Positions 49,666-59,719 of a stretch of 61,898 nucleotides of DNA are shown piece after piece; position 1 is the first letter of the stretch; each line of letters opens with the position of its first letter. Source of the DNA: a virus; the IMG/VR virus record IMGVR_UViG_3300025534_000213, positions 129,576 to 191,473 of that record; one strand, given 5' to 3'. The translations under genes and the position numbers were made by a program. Below the pieces are notes generated by a model. The model was not told the DNA's origin, ran no database searches, and saw only the letters and a program-made list of their open reading frames with translations.

Positions 49666-51303
49666 TCAGAGGTTGTTGACGTAAAGCTGGAAGGCGAGGC
49701 TCTCGCTCATCCCCATGCCCGTCAGCAGGTTGATCACGTCGATGTTGCTGCGCGAGTAGGTCTTGTAGACGCCCGGCGCCAGTTCCTTGAAGTCACCGGG
49801 CAGGGCGAGGGGGAGGGGCTGATCCCACATCTCGCCGTGCGCGAAGAAGTAGCTGCGCGGTACGATCCAGACGGTGCAGCCATCCGCCGCGCTCCGGTAG
49901 TTCACGCAGAAGATGAATTCATCGCCCGTGAGCTTGGACAGGCATTCCTTGCGCTCCTCCTCGCTCATCGCCTCGAAATCGGCGGCGCGCTCGTTCCACG
50001 GGCGCGGCGGCTCGGGCTCCTTGACCTTCTCGACGATCTCGACGCCCTTCGGCGCGAGGCGTTCGCCCTTGTCATTGACGGCGTAGACCTCGATCTCGTC
50101 CGGTGCCAAGGACATCTTGTCCTTGATGTAACCGGCGAGTTCCTCGGCCTTGGCCTTGGTGCGGGCGACGATCCACGCATAGTCGCGGGTCTGGCCGCGC
50201 GCGTCGAGGGTCTTGCCGAGATCAACGCCGTTGTCCGTTAGCGCGATCAGCAGGTCGTCAAGATCGGCCTTCGCCACCTCGACCCGGTGGTAGATGGCGA
50301 TGACGCCATCCGGGTTGATCTCCTCCGCCAGCGCCACATTGCGCGTGAAGGGGCGCAGCACATTCCCGGCCGCGTCCACCACCTCGACCGAGTACCTGAT
50401 GTTGTGGAATTCCAGCAGGCCGAGTAGCAGGTTGACCGCCTTCTCACCCCGCATGATGAACCAGCCGCCCTTGTCGTTCTCGCCCTCGGCCACGTACAGT
50501 TTGCTGTACGTTTTGAGATCGCAGTGTTCGGGCAGCAGGCCCAGCCCCTCGGCCCAGTGATCAAGGCTGTCGCAGTCCTCATCGACCATCTGGACCCGGT
50601 AGAATTCCTCGCCGGGCTCGGCCTCAATGGGGTCCTGCGTATCGCCCTCTGCGGTCACACCCTGCGGCGCGTCCTGATTGGAGGGCGCGGCGCCAGCCGC
50701 ATCGTCGCGGCCGAAGCCCTTCGAGGCCATCACGCCGCCGATGGTGATGGAGCCGTCGTCGTTCTTCTTGACGTTGATGCGGGAGACATGGAGGTCGGAC
50801 TCGCCCTCCTTGTTCTGCGGACCATCGAAGCTGTCGCCGGACAATTCGCCGCGCGCCTTGGCCTCCTCGGCGATGCGCTTGTAATGCTCATCCATCGCCT
50901 TCTGCTCCGGCGTTCGCCGGTCCCACCGGTCGTTTTCGGTCAAACCGTGGATTTCCGCGAGAGACCGCTGGTCGATGGCATCGGCCGAATAGGCGTCCAC
51001 ATCCTCCTCGGCCATCATGATCTCGTGCTTCTCTCGCAGGATGAAATCCGGTACCACCTTGATGCCATTGGCTGCGAGGAAAGCGTCCTGCTGAGCGGTG
51101 TCCACGTGCTCGAACACGAAGGGCGGCTTGGTCAGCCCCCGGAATGCCGGGTTCATCAGCAGGTCGGTCGGGCTGGGCTGTTCCGAACCCGTGAACTGCC
51201 GGTCGGGGCGAGCGAGCACATCGGCGTAGAACGCCTCAATCTCGGCGGAGGAGTCGGCAGCAGCGACGATGGTGCGCAAGCCGTCCTTGCTGGCGTAGAG
51301 CAT
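49666..51303 (-). CDS. acidic phage protein
   Basis: 545-aa ORF with strong codon bias. Confidence 0.8.
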   Translation of the reverse strand: MLYASKDGLRTIVAAADSSAEIEAFYADVLARPDRQFTGSEQPSPTDLLMNPAFRGLTKPPFVFEHVDTAQQDAFLAANGIKVVPDFILREKHEIMMAEEDVDAYSADAIDQRSLAEIHGLTENDRWDRRTPEQKAMDEHYKRIAEEAKARGELSGDSFDGPQNKEGESDLHVSRINVKKNDDGSITIGGVMASKGFGRDDAAGAAPSNQDAPQGVTAEGDTQDPIEAEPGEEFYRVQMVDEDCDSLDHWAEGLGLLPEHCDLKTYSKLYVAEGENDKGGWFIMRGEKAVNLLLGLLEFHNIRYSVEVVDAAGNVLRPFTRNVALAEEINPDGVIAIYHRVEVAKADLDDLLIALTDNGVDLGKTLDARGQTRDYAWIVARTKAKAEELAGYIKDKMSLAPDEIEVYAVNDKGERLAPKGVEIVEKVKEPEPPRPWNERAADFEAMSEEERKECLSKLTGDEFIFCVNYRSAADGCTVWIVPRSYFFAHGEMWDQPLPLALPGDFKELAPGVYKTYSRSNIDVINLLTGMGMSESLAFQLYVNNL

Positions 51304-51324
51304 GGATCAACCCTTGATCAGAAA

Positions 51325-51756
51325 TCAGGTTCCGGTAAACGGAATAACAGTGGTTACAGATTTTGCAAGCGAAAAAGCGTTCTCGGACCCGATCAGGTTG
51401 AGGACATTCACGTGGCAAATGCCCGGTCGGATCGGGAACAGCATGGCGCTCGGTAGGGCAGGGGGCAGCAGGGTCTCGTCATAGACCGCGAAGGTGCGGT
51501 TGGGGATGCGGCGCGGGTTCCAGACAACCGGCACAGCGGCCTTACCCTCGATGATCCCGCCCAAAGCATCACCGCCGGGGGCGAGGCTCACATGGACCCG
51601 CAGCGAAAAATCCTGCACCGGGGCGGTATGGACGATGTCGATGACATGGGCCTCGCCCGGCGCGACGGTCACCGGGATGGTCGCCATATGGCCCGGCGGG
51701 ATGACGTGCATCCCGGCGGCATTGGCCTCGTCGATGGGGAACAGGGGGTGTAGCAT
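51325..51756 (-). CDS. hypothetical protein
   Basis: TAATG coupling to kinase. Confidence 0.65.
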   Translation of the reverse strand: MLHPLFPIDEANAAGMHVIPPGHMATIPVTVAPGEAHVIDIVHTAPVQDFSLRVHVSLAPGGDALGGIIEGKAAVPVVWNPRRIPNRTFAVYDETLLPPALPSAMLFPIRPGICHVNVLNLIGSENAFSLAKSVTTVIPFTGT

Positions 51757-52244
51757 TAGGCCGTCAGCACCATGTCGAATTCATCCTCGCCGGGCGGCTC
51801 GTAGCTGGCGATCATGTTGGTGACCACGGTGTCCGGGATGTATTTGCCGGTAGCCTCAGCGCGGGCGGCGAGGCGGCGGCGAAGCTCCTCCTCGGGCACA
51901 TTGAACACGACGGCGACCCGGTGATAGGTCCCCGGCAGGCTGCTCAGCCACGTGGCGCGCGACTTGCGGGACAGGTTCGTCCGATCAACGAGGACGGGTT
52001 TCCCGGCAGCCACGGCCTCACGAAAGGCAGCCTTCACGGTGGCCTCGATTTCCTTGCGGTCCACCTGTGCGAATGCCTCCGTGTAGTTCAGACCGCGCAG
52101 CTTGCCCCACACCTCGATCAGGTCGTCGGAGGAGATGACCACGGTGTCCTCGGGAGCCGAGCGCATGAAGCTCTCGCGCCACGTGGACTTGCCCGATCCG
52201 GGCGGCCCGATCAGCAGGATTACAGAGGGCTGCTTGTTGAGCAT
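51756..52244 (-). CDS. P-loop kinase (AAA_33/polynucleotide kinase-like)
   Basis: 'GPPGSGKST', 'ISSDD', 'VDRTNL', 'R..AR'. Confidence 0.85.
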   Translation of the reverse strand: MLNKQPSVILLIGPPGSGKSTWRESFMRSAPEDTVVISSDDLIEVWGKLRGLNYTEAFAQVDRKEIEATVKAAFREAVAAGKPVLVDRTNLSRKSRATWLSSLPGTYHRVAVVFNVPEEELRRRLAARAEATGKYIPDTVVTNMIASYEPPGEDEFDMVLTA

Positions 52245-52333
52245 GAAATGTCTCTCAGTATCGCATTAACAAAATCAGCGGCAGTCTAATCGCACCGCCG
52301 GAAAAGCGCAACAATGAACTGGATTAAGCCCGT

Positions 52334-52894
52334 TCAGAACGCGAAGGCGCGGATCAGTCCGGCCGTCTCCTCGGCCATCAGGATTTCGAAATGGTTGTAT
52401 GGGAGGGCGTGATAGACCGGCCCCGTGAGGGCAGTTTGGCTATGCACCGAGACCACCCCGTCATTGGGGGTGCCGAGCGGCAGCCCGGCGGTGCCGCAGA
52501 TCGCCAGATGGGGCTTCCCGTGCGGGTGCCGCAGGGCGCGGATCGAGGCACTGAACGGGGCCGTGTCGCGGTACGGGGGCTCGTTGCTGAACGCCTGCAA
52601 TAGCGCCGAGATGCGGAGACCGTTGAAGGGAGCACAGAGCGTGACCACCCGCTGCACCTCCGGCGCATCGGCCGCGAGGGTGGCGATGATGCCGCCGAGG
52701 CTGTGGCCGATGATGGTGACCGGCCGGGCGGTCCGCGCCAGTTCACCGCGCAGCCGCGTCACCACGGTCGCGACATCCTCCTTGAGGGTGTAGCTGACCA
52801 TGGTGGCGTAGTGTTTGGGAAGCTGATCCTTGAGCCACGCGAAACTACGCGGCGAGGCGCCCGCCCCATGGACGTAGAAAATGTGGTTCATCAA
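52334..52894 (-). CDS. alpha/beta hydrolase
   Basis: 'HG', 'GHSLGG', 'NDGVV', 'NHFE'. Confidence 0.85.
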   Translation of the reverse strand: MMNHIFYVHGAGASPRSFAWLKDQLPKHYATMVSYTLKEDVATVVTRLRGELARTARPVTIIGHSLGGIIATLAADAPEVQRVVTLCAPFNGLRISALLQAFSNEPPYRDTAPFSASIRALRHPHGKPHLAICGTAGLPLGTPNDGVVSVHSQTALTGPVYHALPYNHFEILMAEETAGLIRAFAF

Positions 52895-52939
52895 TCAGCT
52901 TCCTGAAATGCGTTCCGGCAGTCCGAATGAAGGCCGAAT

Positions 52940-53299
52940 TTACCGGCCCGGCAGACCACCGAGGTCGGGCAGCCGCTCGCGCAACTGCTGCGCCTGCCCG
53001 ACTGCCTGCCGGGCCGTGTCAGCGGCACGATCCGCCGCTGCGCGAACTTCCTGTGTGGCCTGCTCGGCCGTCTGGCGCAGGCTGGCCTCGGCCCTCTGGG
53101 TCGCGTCCTTTACCCGTTCAACGGCGATGCGCCCGGCGTCCTCAGCCTGACGCGCGGCGCCACGGGCATTCACGATCATGGCGTCGGTCTGGCCGATGGC
53201 CGCGACGACGCTGGACCAGACCAGATAGCCGATCCCGGCCGTGCCGAGGAACAGGGCGAAATTCAGCAGGAGCATTGCCTGCATCATGCGCTTGGTCAT
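52940..53299 (-). CDS. membrane-anchored Ala-rich helical protein
   Basis: N-terminal TM, coiled coil. Confidence 0.6.
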   Translation of the reverse strand: MTKRMMQAMLLLNFALFLGTAGIGYLVWSSVVAAIGQTDAMIVNARGAARQAEDAGRIAVERVKDATQRAEASLRQTAEQATQEVRAAADRAADTARQAVGQAQQLRERLPDLGGLPGR

Positions 53300-53472
53300 G
53301 GGGCGTTCTCGCCGTCACGACGGAGTGCCCCCGCAAGGATCATCGCGGATGCTGCCACGCCACCCGCCGAACCGATGATGACGGGCGAAACCGTGGCGAG
53401 ACCGATAATCAGGGTGATTACGGCGAGAATCACCAAGAATGCGACCGCTCGACGCGGGGTCAGGGTTTTCAT
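53296..53472 (-). CDS. small membrane protein
   Basis: MKTLTPRRAVAFLVIL..., ATGA overlap. Confidence 0.55.
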   Translation of the reverse strand: MKTLTPRRAVAFLVILAVITLIIGLATVSPVIIGSAGGVAASAMILAGALRRDGENAP

Positions 53473-53576
53473 GGAAAAATCAGCCTTCTGAAAGGACGTT
53501 CTTGGTACGCGGCATTATACGGACGAGGGAATGCGGGTCAACCGAACGACATTAGATGTGAATGATGTTCCCGAGG

Positions 53577-54251
53577 TCATTCGGCGCTATCGTAGAACAG
53601 TTTGAAGGCGGCGGCAGCGGTATCGCTGGTGAAGAACCACCCGCCCTGTATCCGGTAGACCGGTGAGCGGCAGTTCTCGACGATCCAGCCCCATTTGCGC
53701 ACCATCTGCGCAAGGCCGAGGGCGAGGTAGTCGGGGGCATTAGAGTCGCGGCGCGTAACCCATTTCTCCCAGCCAAAAGGCAGGTTATCGAGATAGGTCC
53801 GCTGCACGATGAACGCTCCGCCCGACACCCCGCCGGTCTGCACAGGCGGCAGGAAGTAGTCTCGCGGGTCATATTCGCCGAAATGGCGCGACAAGTCGCT
53901 CCACCAGCGAAGGAAGTCACTCCGGGCTTCCCGGCTCAGGAACGCGAGGCGCCCTCCCATGAAGATAGAAGGGGCTTCAATCACGGACCAGAACTGCTCC
54001 CGTCGCTCATCTCTGCCGTGCATCCACGCGCAGAGATGGAAGCGGATCGTCGGGTAGCGGGTTTCGAGATCGGTGGGATAGATCACATCAGGAACCGGCT
54101 GAGCTTCATCCGGCATCGCCGGGAATGGCCCGATATCCACGTTGCGCCCGCCATGAAGGCGGGCGTGAGATTTGAGTGTTCTAGCGGGGCCGATCATTGC
54201 GCCGTATTCGGAGATGGTCCCGTCATTGGAGATGAGAACGGCGTGAGACAT
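53577..54251 (-). CDS. phage protein (paralog of 18264-18860)
   Basis: 'WGWIVENCRSPVYRIQGGWFF...AFKL'. Confidence 0.7.
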   Translation of the reverse strand: MSHAVLISNDGTISEYGAMIGPARTLKSHARLHGGRNVDIGPFPAMPDEAQPVPDVIYPTDLETRYPTIRFHLCAWMHGRDERREQFWSVIEAPSIFMGGRLAFLSREARSDFLRWWSDLSRHFGEYDPRDYFLPPVQTGGVSGGAFIVQRTYLDNLPFGWEKWVTRRDSNAPDYLALGLAQMVRKWGWIVENCRSPVYRIQGGWFFTSDTAAAAFKLFYDSAE

Positions 54252-54317
54252 GAAATGCTCTTGCTCAAATGGGAAAGGGCGGACCTTGCGGTCCGCCCCT
54301 AGACGGTCACCCGACGG

Positions 54318-55214
54318 TCAGCGGGCACCGGTCAGCCGGTTGTTGATGGCGGGGATGCTGTTGTTCACCGCCCGGAGCAGGGCGTTGTAGGCACCCTCAT
54401 TCTGTTCAACGAAGCTGGTGTTCGCCACGATTAGGGCCTCGACCGCGATGGTGTCCACCGAGGAGGAGAAGAAGCCGGACTGCAAGTTCTTGTAGGTGCC
54501 GCCCGGAATGGTGACCTTCGTGTACATCGAACGACCACGGGGGTCCTTCACGCTCGGCATGTCGCTGTCATCGGCCGCGATCAGGGCCAGTCGGCCGTTG
54601 CTGGTCGCCGCGACGGCGTTCGCCTCCATCAGCGACGGAGCGCGCAGACCGGCCACGAACAACATGCAGGACGCGTCAGAACCTTCCTGCACCATGTTCA
54701 GGGCGCGGACGCCGCCAACCGGACGGGTCGGGATGCGCTCATACCGCTTCTTGTCGGCGAGGACGAAGCTGGCCCACGTCACCGCCGAGCCGCCACCATT
54801 CGGGCCGACCAGCACGGTGTGACGGTTGGTAAGCTGCGTGATCTTGCTGATCCCGGCGTTGGTGTTACAGATCAGGTGCAGGTACTCCTGATACAGCGCA
54901 CGGCCACGCTCGATGGTCAGCGCCGACTGCGGGTTCTGCTTCGCATAGACCGTGTAGGCGTCGGACTGCACGATGGCAGTGTCGCACTCGCCCTTGTCCA
55001 GCTTGGCGAGGTTGTCCAGCGAGCCCTCGGTCGGCACCAGCACCACGTTCAGGACGCCACGGGCCTGCTGGGCGAACTGGATACCGGCGAAATGATAGTT
55101 CCCGTCGGTCTTGCCGGTGCAGACCCGCACGGTGGGCTGCCCGGCACTGGCCAGCGCGGGGGCGGTGGCGGTGGCCATCAGAACCGCAGCGGCAGCAAGA
55201 AGCTTTCGAAGCAT
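54318..55214 (-). CDS. TAXI-family TRAP solute-binding-like protein
   Basis: Signal peptide; 'TG...GNY', 'TEGSLDNL', 'AIVQSD', 'LYQEYLH'. Confidence 0.85.
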   Translation of the reverse strand: MLRKLLAAAAVLMATATAPALASAGQPTVRVCTGKTDGNYHFAGIQFAQQARGVLNVVLVPTEGSLDNLAKLDKGECDTAIVQSDAYTVYAKQNPQSALTIERGRALYQEYLHLICNTNAGISKITQLTNRHTVLVGPNGGGSAVTWASFVLADKKRYERIPTRPVGGVRALNMVQEGSDASCMLFVAGLRAPSLMEANAVAATSNGRLALIAADDSDMPSVKDPRGRSMYTKVTIPGGTYKNLQSGFFSSSVDTIAVEALIVANTSFVEQNEGAYNALLRAVNNSIPAINNRLTGAR

Positions 55215-55340
55215 CAGAGTGTCCTTCTGAAAAGGCTTTCTCCACCGGGCCACCCGGTGAATGGAGTTTTCCATACGGCATTTTTTGGTCCAACGCAAGC
55301 TCCTTTCGCAATAAATACGGGGACGAGCTGAGGACCCGCC

Positions 55341-55805
55341 GTGGACGACCTGATCAATGCCATGAAAGTGGTGCTGGGCACCACTTTCGCCCTCTACATC
55401 AAGACGCACGCCTATCACTGGAACGTGGAGGGGCCGACCTTCCCGCAGCTTCATGCCCTGTTCGGTGACCAGTATACGAACATCTGGGCTTCGGTGGACG
55501 ACATCGCCGAGCAAATCCGGCAAATGGATGCCTACGCGCCGGTCTCGATGGAGCGGTTCCTCCAACTGTCGCAGATCGAGAGCGAGACCCGCTCCGCCAT
55601 CCCCGCGCGGGACATGCTCCTGACGCTGGTGGCCGACCATGAGACCATGATCGAGGTCCTGACCAATGCCCTCCATCTCGCCGAGCAGGCCGACCGGCAG
55701 GGGCTCATGAATTTCCTCGCGGATCGGATCGAGAAGCATAGCAAGATGCGCTGGATGCTGCGCGCCACCGCAAAGCAGGTCGGCGGAACCGAAACCAAAA
55801 ACTAA
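55341..55805 (+). CDS. dps: Dps family ferritin-like protein
   Basis: 'HWNVEGPTFPQLHALF', 'DDIAEQIR', 'KMRWML'; TAAATA 55312-55317. Confidence 0.92.
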   Translation: MDDLINAMKVVLGTTFALYIKTHAYHWNVEGPTFPQLHALFGDQYTNIWASVDDIAEQIRQMDAYAPVSMERFLQLSQIESETRSAIPARDMLLTLVADHETMIEVLTNALHLAEQADRQGLMNFLADRIEKHSKMRWMLRATAKQVGGTETKN

Positions 55806-55890
55806 GTTTACGGAACTGATTTTTCAGGTTGAGATCGGGCAAAGCTGTTTGAAAAGGAGAACCCGATGCCGACGATGCGTACCCTCGGAA

Positions 55891-57117
55891 TTACTGACTT
55901 TCGTGGTCGATGACCACTTCCATCAGCATTCGCGCTTCCACGACCGGCACCGGGACAAGCCCTGCACCTCCGATCTCCACGCGCGTCGGGGCAGAGCCCC
56001 GCTTCCCCGGTTCCTCCGGGTAGCTGTAGTGGTTGACCGCTGCGTTGCGGTCACGCCCCATCCGGTTGCCGCAGTCGCAGATCATCATGTCCCGCGACAA
56101 CTTCTTCATCTCCGGGTGGATCGCGCCGCAGCGGCAGCAGGTCTGGCTGCCGGGGAACCAGCGGTCGATCTCGACCACCCGCCTGCCCCGCCAATCGGCC
56201 TTGTAGCGGCAGAAGGTGACCAGCCGGGCCATCCCGGCATCGGCCACCGAGAGGGCGAGATGCCGGTTCCGGGCCATGCTCCGGACGTTCAGCGTCTCGA
56301 CCTTGAGCACACCGGCCTTGGCTGTCAGCCGATGCGACACCTGATGCAGCAAGTCCTTCCGCCGCTCGCGCACCTTGCGGTGGATCGCGGCCACCCGCCG
56401 GGCCTGCGCCCGCCTGCGGGCAGAGCCCTTCTTCCGGCGCGACTTGGCGCGCTCGGCCCGGCGCAGGCGCTTCATGGCCTTGCGCATATGCTTCGGCGCG
56501 GCGACTTCCTCGAACCCCGTCCCGTCGAAGGCGGTGACGAGGGTGGACACGCCGAGGTCGATGCCGACCACCACGTCGCTCTCGGGCAGCGGCTCGGGCC
56601 GGGCGCACTCGAACTGCGCCGAGAGCATCCAGCGGTCGCCGTCGCGCCAGACACGGGCGGCCAGCAGGCGCCCTTCGGGCACGTCGCCGCCCCGTAGCTT
56701 GACCCGGCCGATCTTCGGCAGCGTGGCCTCGCCCGGCCCGATTTCCGTCGCCTGCCCGACGCAGTAGATGCCCGCTTCGTTGACGAACTTCTTCTTGGCC
56801 TTGGGGAAGCCGCACTTCCGGCCCGCCTTGCGCTCCGCGACCATGCGGCGCAGGGCGCCGTCGAGCCGGGCCACGGTGTCCAGCACCGCATGGGCCGGGA
56901 GGTCGGCCAGCCATGCCGTCTCGGGCTGGCGCTTCATGGCGACCGCGATGGGCTGCAACTCGCGGCGCCAGAGGAACTTGCCGGTGGCCTGATACTCGGC
57001 CTTCTCGCGGTCCAGCAGCCGGTTCCAGAGGAAACGCAGCGACCCGGCCCATTGGTTGAGCCGAGCGACCTGCTCCCGCGTGGGATAGAGCCGCGCCTGC
57101 CAGCCACGGACGATCAC
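55891..57117 (-). CDS. tnpB: TnpB RNA-guided nuclease
   Basis: 'RLYPT', RuvC 'GIDLG', 'VETLNV', 'SQTCCRCG...CDCG...RDRNAAVN'; GTG overlaps transposase TGA. Confidence 0.92.
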   Translation of the reverse strand: MIVRGWQARLYPTREQVARLNQWAGSLRFLWNRLLDREKAEYQATGKFLWRRELQPIAVAMKRQPETAWLADLPAHAVLDTVARLDGALRRMVAERKAGRKCGFPKAKKKFVNEAGIYCVGQATEIGPGEATLPKIGRVKLRGGDVPEGRLLAARVWRDGDRWMLSAQFECARPEPLPESDVVVGIDLGVSTLVTAFDGTGFEEVAAPKHMRKAMKRLRRAERAKSRRKKGSARRRAQARRVAAIHRKVRERRKDLLHQVSHRLTAKAGVLKVETLNVRSMARNRHLALSVADAGMARLVTFCRYKADWRGRRVVEIDRWFPGSQTCCRCGAIHPEMKKLSRDMMICDCGNRMGRDRNAAVNHYSYPEEPGKRGSAPTRVEIGGAGLVPVPVVEARMLMEVVIDHESQ

Positions 57118-58049
57118 GCCACCAACTCCCGCCAGCGGAGCCGGGCGGCATGGGCGGTGAACAGCCCGGAGAGGCGGGCATCGGCGTCGAGCTTCCGCCG
57201 GTTCCAGCGGAACGACACCTCGTGCAGATAGCGGTCGGTGTGCTTGATCGAGAACCAATGCCAGACGCCGATCACCGCCCGCTTGAGCGTCGCGTTGAAC
57301 GCTTCGGCGGTGTTGACGTGGGCGGTCGCCGCCGCGTGCTCGTCCACCCGGACATACTCGCCCTTGGAGTGGTTGACGTGCAGATGCGCCGGGAACTTGC
57401 GGCCGATCCACCGATAGGCCGGAAGCTCGTCGGTGACGAGCACGGTCTGCCCGATGTCGAGGTGGCGCAGCACGAAGGCCGCGATGGTCCGCTCGGAATG
57501 GGTCTTGCCCTTCGCGGCGCGGGCACGCCCGCCGCGCTCGGTGGCGACCGTGACCATGCTCTTGCGGGTGCCCGACCGGCCGACCGGCTGGTCGTCATCC
57601 GGGTCGCGCTTGGAGGTCTGCCCCTTCTTGCGCGATCTGCCGCCGAGGTAGGTTTCGTCCACCTCGACGATGCCCGAGAGCAGGCCGTCGCGGTCCTCCA
57701 TCATGCGGCGGATGCGCTGCCCGAGAAACCACGCGGTTTTCTGTCCGACGCCGAGGTGTTCGCCCAGCTTGACCGAGGAAATGCCCTTGCTGGCGGCGGC
57801 CACGAGGTAGAGGGCGGTGAACCACGTCCGCAGCGGCAGATGGGTGCCCTCGAAGGGCGTGCCGTGCGTGACCCTGAACTTGGCCTTGCAGGCGTTGCAG
57901 CGACGGTAGTGGGCACGGCCGACATGATGGGCATTGTCGATGCTGCCGCACTTCGGGCAGACCGGGCCGTCCGGCCAGCGCACGGCTTCGAGATGCGCCC
58001 AGCAGGCGTCATCATCGGGAAACCGCTTGAGGAAGGCCAGCAGCGACAT
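57114..58049 (-). CDS. IS1595-family DDE transposase
   Basis: 'RWPDG..CPKCG', 'VEVDETYLGG', 'TDE..AY', 'VNHS..EYV', 'HVNTAE', 'YLHE..FRWN'. Confidence 0.95.
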   Translation of the reverse strand: MSLLAFLKRFPDDDACWAHLEAVRWPDGPVCPKCGSIDNAHHVGRAHYRRCNACKAKFRVTHGTPFEGTHLPLRTWFTALYLVAAASKGISSVKLGEHLGVGQKTAWFLGQRIRRMMEDRDGLLSGIVEVDETYLGGRSRKKGQTSKRDPDDDQPVGRSGTRKSMVTVATERGGRARAAKGKTHSERTIAAFVLRHLDIGQTVLVTDELPAYRWIGRKFPAHLHVNHSKGEYVRVDEHAAATAHVNTAEAFNATLKRAVIGVWHWFSIKHTDRYLHEVSFRWNRRKLDADARLSGLFTAHAARLRWRELVA

Positions 58050-58450
58050 GCCCCAAGACTACCACGCCGACCACGAAAGTCAATAGGTCCGCGTACCCTT
58101 ATCCGTATCGTGGAAGATGCCGAGCGTCTCCCGGCCGGGTTCGAGGATGAAGGCAGCGGGTTGCTCAGGTTCTCCTGCCCGACCGGCAAAGGCGTGATCT
58201 CGGCGAATTTCGAGGACCGGGTCTGCGCAATCTATGAGTTCGCGAGCAAGGGACAACGCGGCTAAGGCTTCGGCCGCCGTACCCTGCAATGGCTCTGGCA
58301 GCATTTCGATGTGATCGATGTCGTGGACCCCGGCGAGGAAGGCACGGGGTCGCGGCTGTTCTGGGAGAAGATGCAGGCCGAGGGTCTGGTGCGCAATCTC
58401 TTGGATGAGGATTTCGAGATCATCGGATAGCGCCTGACCGAAAAAAATCG

Positions 58451-58478
58451 TTGACCAGAACCGCAATTGCGATATGGT
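58451..58478 (+). promoter_or_regulatory. sigma70-like promoter
   Basis: A-tract, TTGACC ... TATGGT upstream of 58516. Confidence 0.55.
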
Positions 58479-58515
58479 CCACCCCACAAGGCCATTTGCA
58501 GGAAAGGACACTCTG

Positions 58516-58869
58516 ATGGCGCACTTCTGGGGTTCGGTATCCGGCATGTCCGAAACCGAAGCGTCGCGGCGCGGCAGCAAGAACAGCGGCCTGACCACCG
58601 TCGCCGCCTCATGGGAAGGCGCCGTCCGGGTGGTTCTCGAAAACCATCACGACGGCGACCACGTCACTGTCTCCATGATCCCGTGGCACGGCAGGGGAGT
58701 CTACGCCACCCTCTACTCCGGTAAGGTCGGCGAGACCCCGACGCAGAAGCCCCAGTACGCCATGATCGACGCCGCGCGCACTTCCAACAACCCGACTGTC
58801 AAGAGCGCCTATGAAGCCCTCGTGGCAGCGATGCGCCTCGCCCACCCGGACGTGTTCGCGGGGCTCTGA
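58516..58869 (+). CDS. phage hypothetical protein
   Basis: MAHFWG...'ASRRGSKNSG...ASWEG'; AAGGA SD. Confidence 0.7.
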   Translation: MAHFWGSVSGMSETEASRRGSKNSGLTTVAASWEGAVRVVLENHHDGDHVTVSMIPWHGRGVYATLYSGKVGETPTQKPQYAMIDAARTSNNPTVKSAYEALVAAMRLAHPDVFAGL

Positions 58870-58917
58870 GCAGGCGGCCGTCTAAATAAGGCACACCTGA
58901 AACAAGAGGCCGCCATC

Positions 58918-59646
58918 GTGACTACCATGCAAAAGCTGATCCAGATTGTCGAGGATGCGGAAAGCCTCGCTCGGTTCATCGAACTGGTTCCGCAGGATGG
59001 CGGTTTCATCGTCAAATGGGTCTCTCCCGCGTCCGGGAGAGGCCCGGCTTTGACCTTTAACTACTGGCGCTATGTGACGCTCGATCACGAGCCGCCGACC
59101 GGCGCTGCGGTCCCGGCTGACGGATCGGCTCCCTTGGTGTTCATGAACAAGGAAACCGCCGTCGCCGCCGCGCGCAGGATCATCGACCTTCGCTCGGATG
59201 AATTCGCCCTTGAGCCAAATCTTGATGCTCCAACGGCGAGCGGTGAACCGAAAACCATCAAGCCGTCCGGCAGCCGAAAGGAGTCCCTGCCAGTCTACTA
59301 CCATGTGACGGAACGCGAGGACGCCATCGACATCGTTGCGCATGGGTTTCTCGGTGGATGGGGCGATGTCGGTTTCGGCGTCTATTTCTACGGCAGCATC
59401 GAAGATGCGCGGAAATATGCCCGCAAGGGCGGCTGGGATGGTCGCCTGAAAGAGCCGGTCATTCTGGCGGTCCAAGACGAATCCATTGAGCGGGTGAGTG
59501 AGGATGATCTGCATCCGTCATGGGGCAAAGACTTGTATGCCAACATGTATTGGCGCCCGATGGACGAAGATGCAGAAGATGAACACTGGATGCCGCGCTC
59601 CGTGAACATCGTAGAAATCGTGCGCCGAAAGCAAGCCGCCAAGTGA
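58918..59646 (+). CDS. ART-like domain protein with MxxLIxIVE leader
   Basis: 'YYHVT...I...GF...GFGVYF...A..YA'; TAAATA 58883-58888. Confidence 0.65.
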   Translation: MTTMQKLIQIVEDAESLARFIELVPQDGGFIVKWVSPASGRGPALTFNYWRYVTLDHEPPTGAAVPADGSAPLVFMNKETAVAAARRIIDLRSDEFALEPNLDAPTASGEPKTIKPSGSRKESLPVYYHVTEREDAIDIVAHGFLGGWGDVGFGVYFYGSIEDARKYARKGGWDGRLKEPVILAVQDESIERVSEDDLHPSWGKDLYANMYWRPMDEDAEDEHWMPRSVNIVEIVRRKQAAK

Positions 59647-59719
59647 CCGGCAAGGAGGGGCGGCATGGCTGCTCCGGCCGTCTCGCAAAATACGTCAGCA
59701 CATTCCCGAGGACCCTACC

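Larger units (their letters stand above)
55886..58091 (-). mobile_element. IS1595-family element carrying tnpB
   Basis: Terminal IRs CGGA(a/c)(t/c)TA(c/t)TGACTTTCGTGGTCG; 8-bp TSD cgtaccct at 55878-55885 and 58092-58099. Confidence 0.92.
55866..58430 (+). pseudogene. GNAT-like head-targeted gene disrupted by the IS; also TAA at 58263-58265
   Basis: Removing IS plus one TSD restores MPTMRTLIRIVEDAE...QRG*GFGRRTL...FWEKM. Confidence 0.75.

Noticed and set aside
57118-57411. 506-aa TnpB start at 57411
   Set aside because: Overlaps the transposase in another frame; the TnpB motif starts right after GTG 57117
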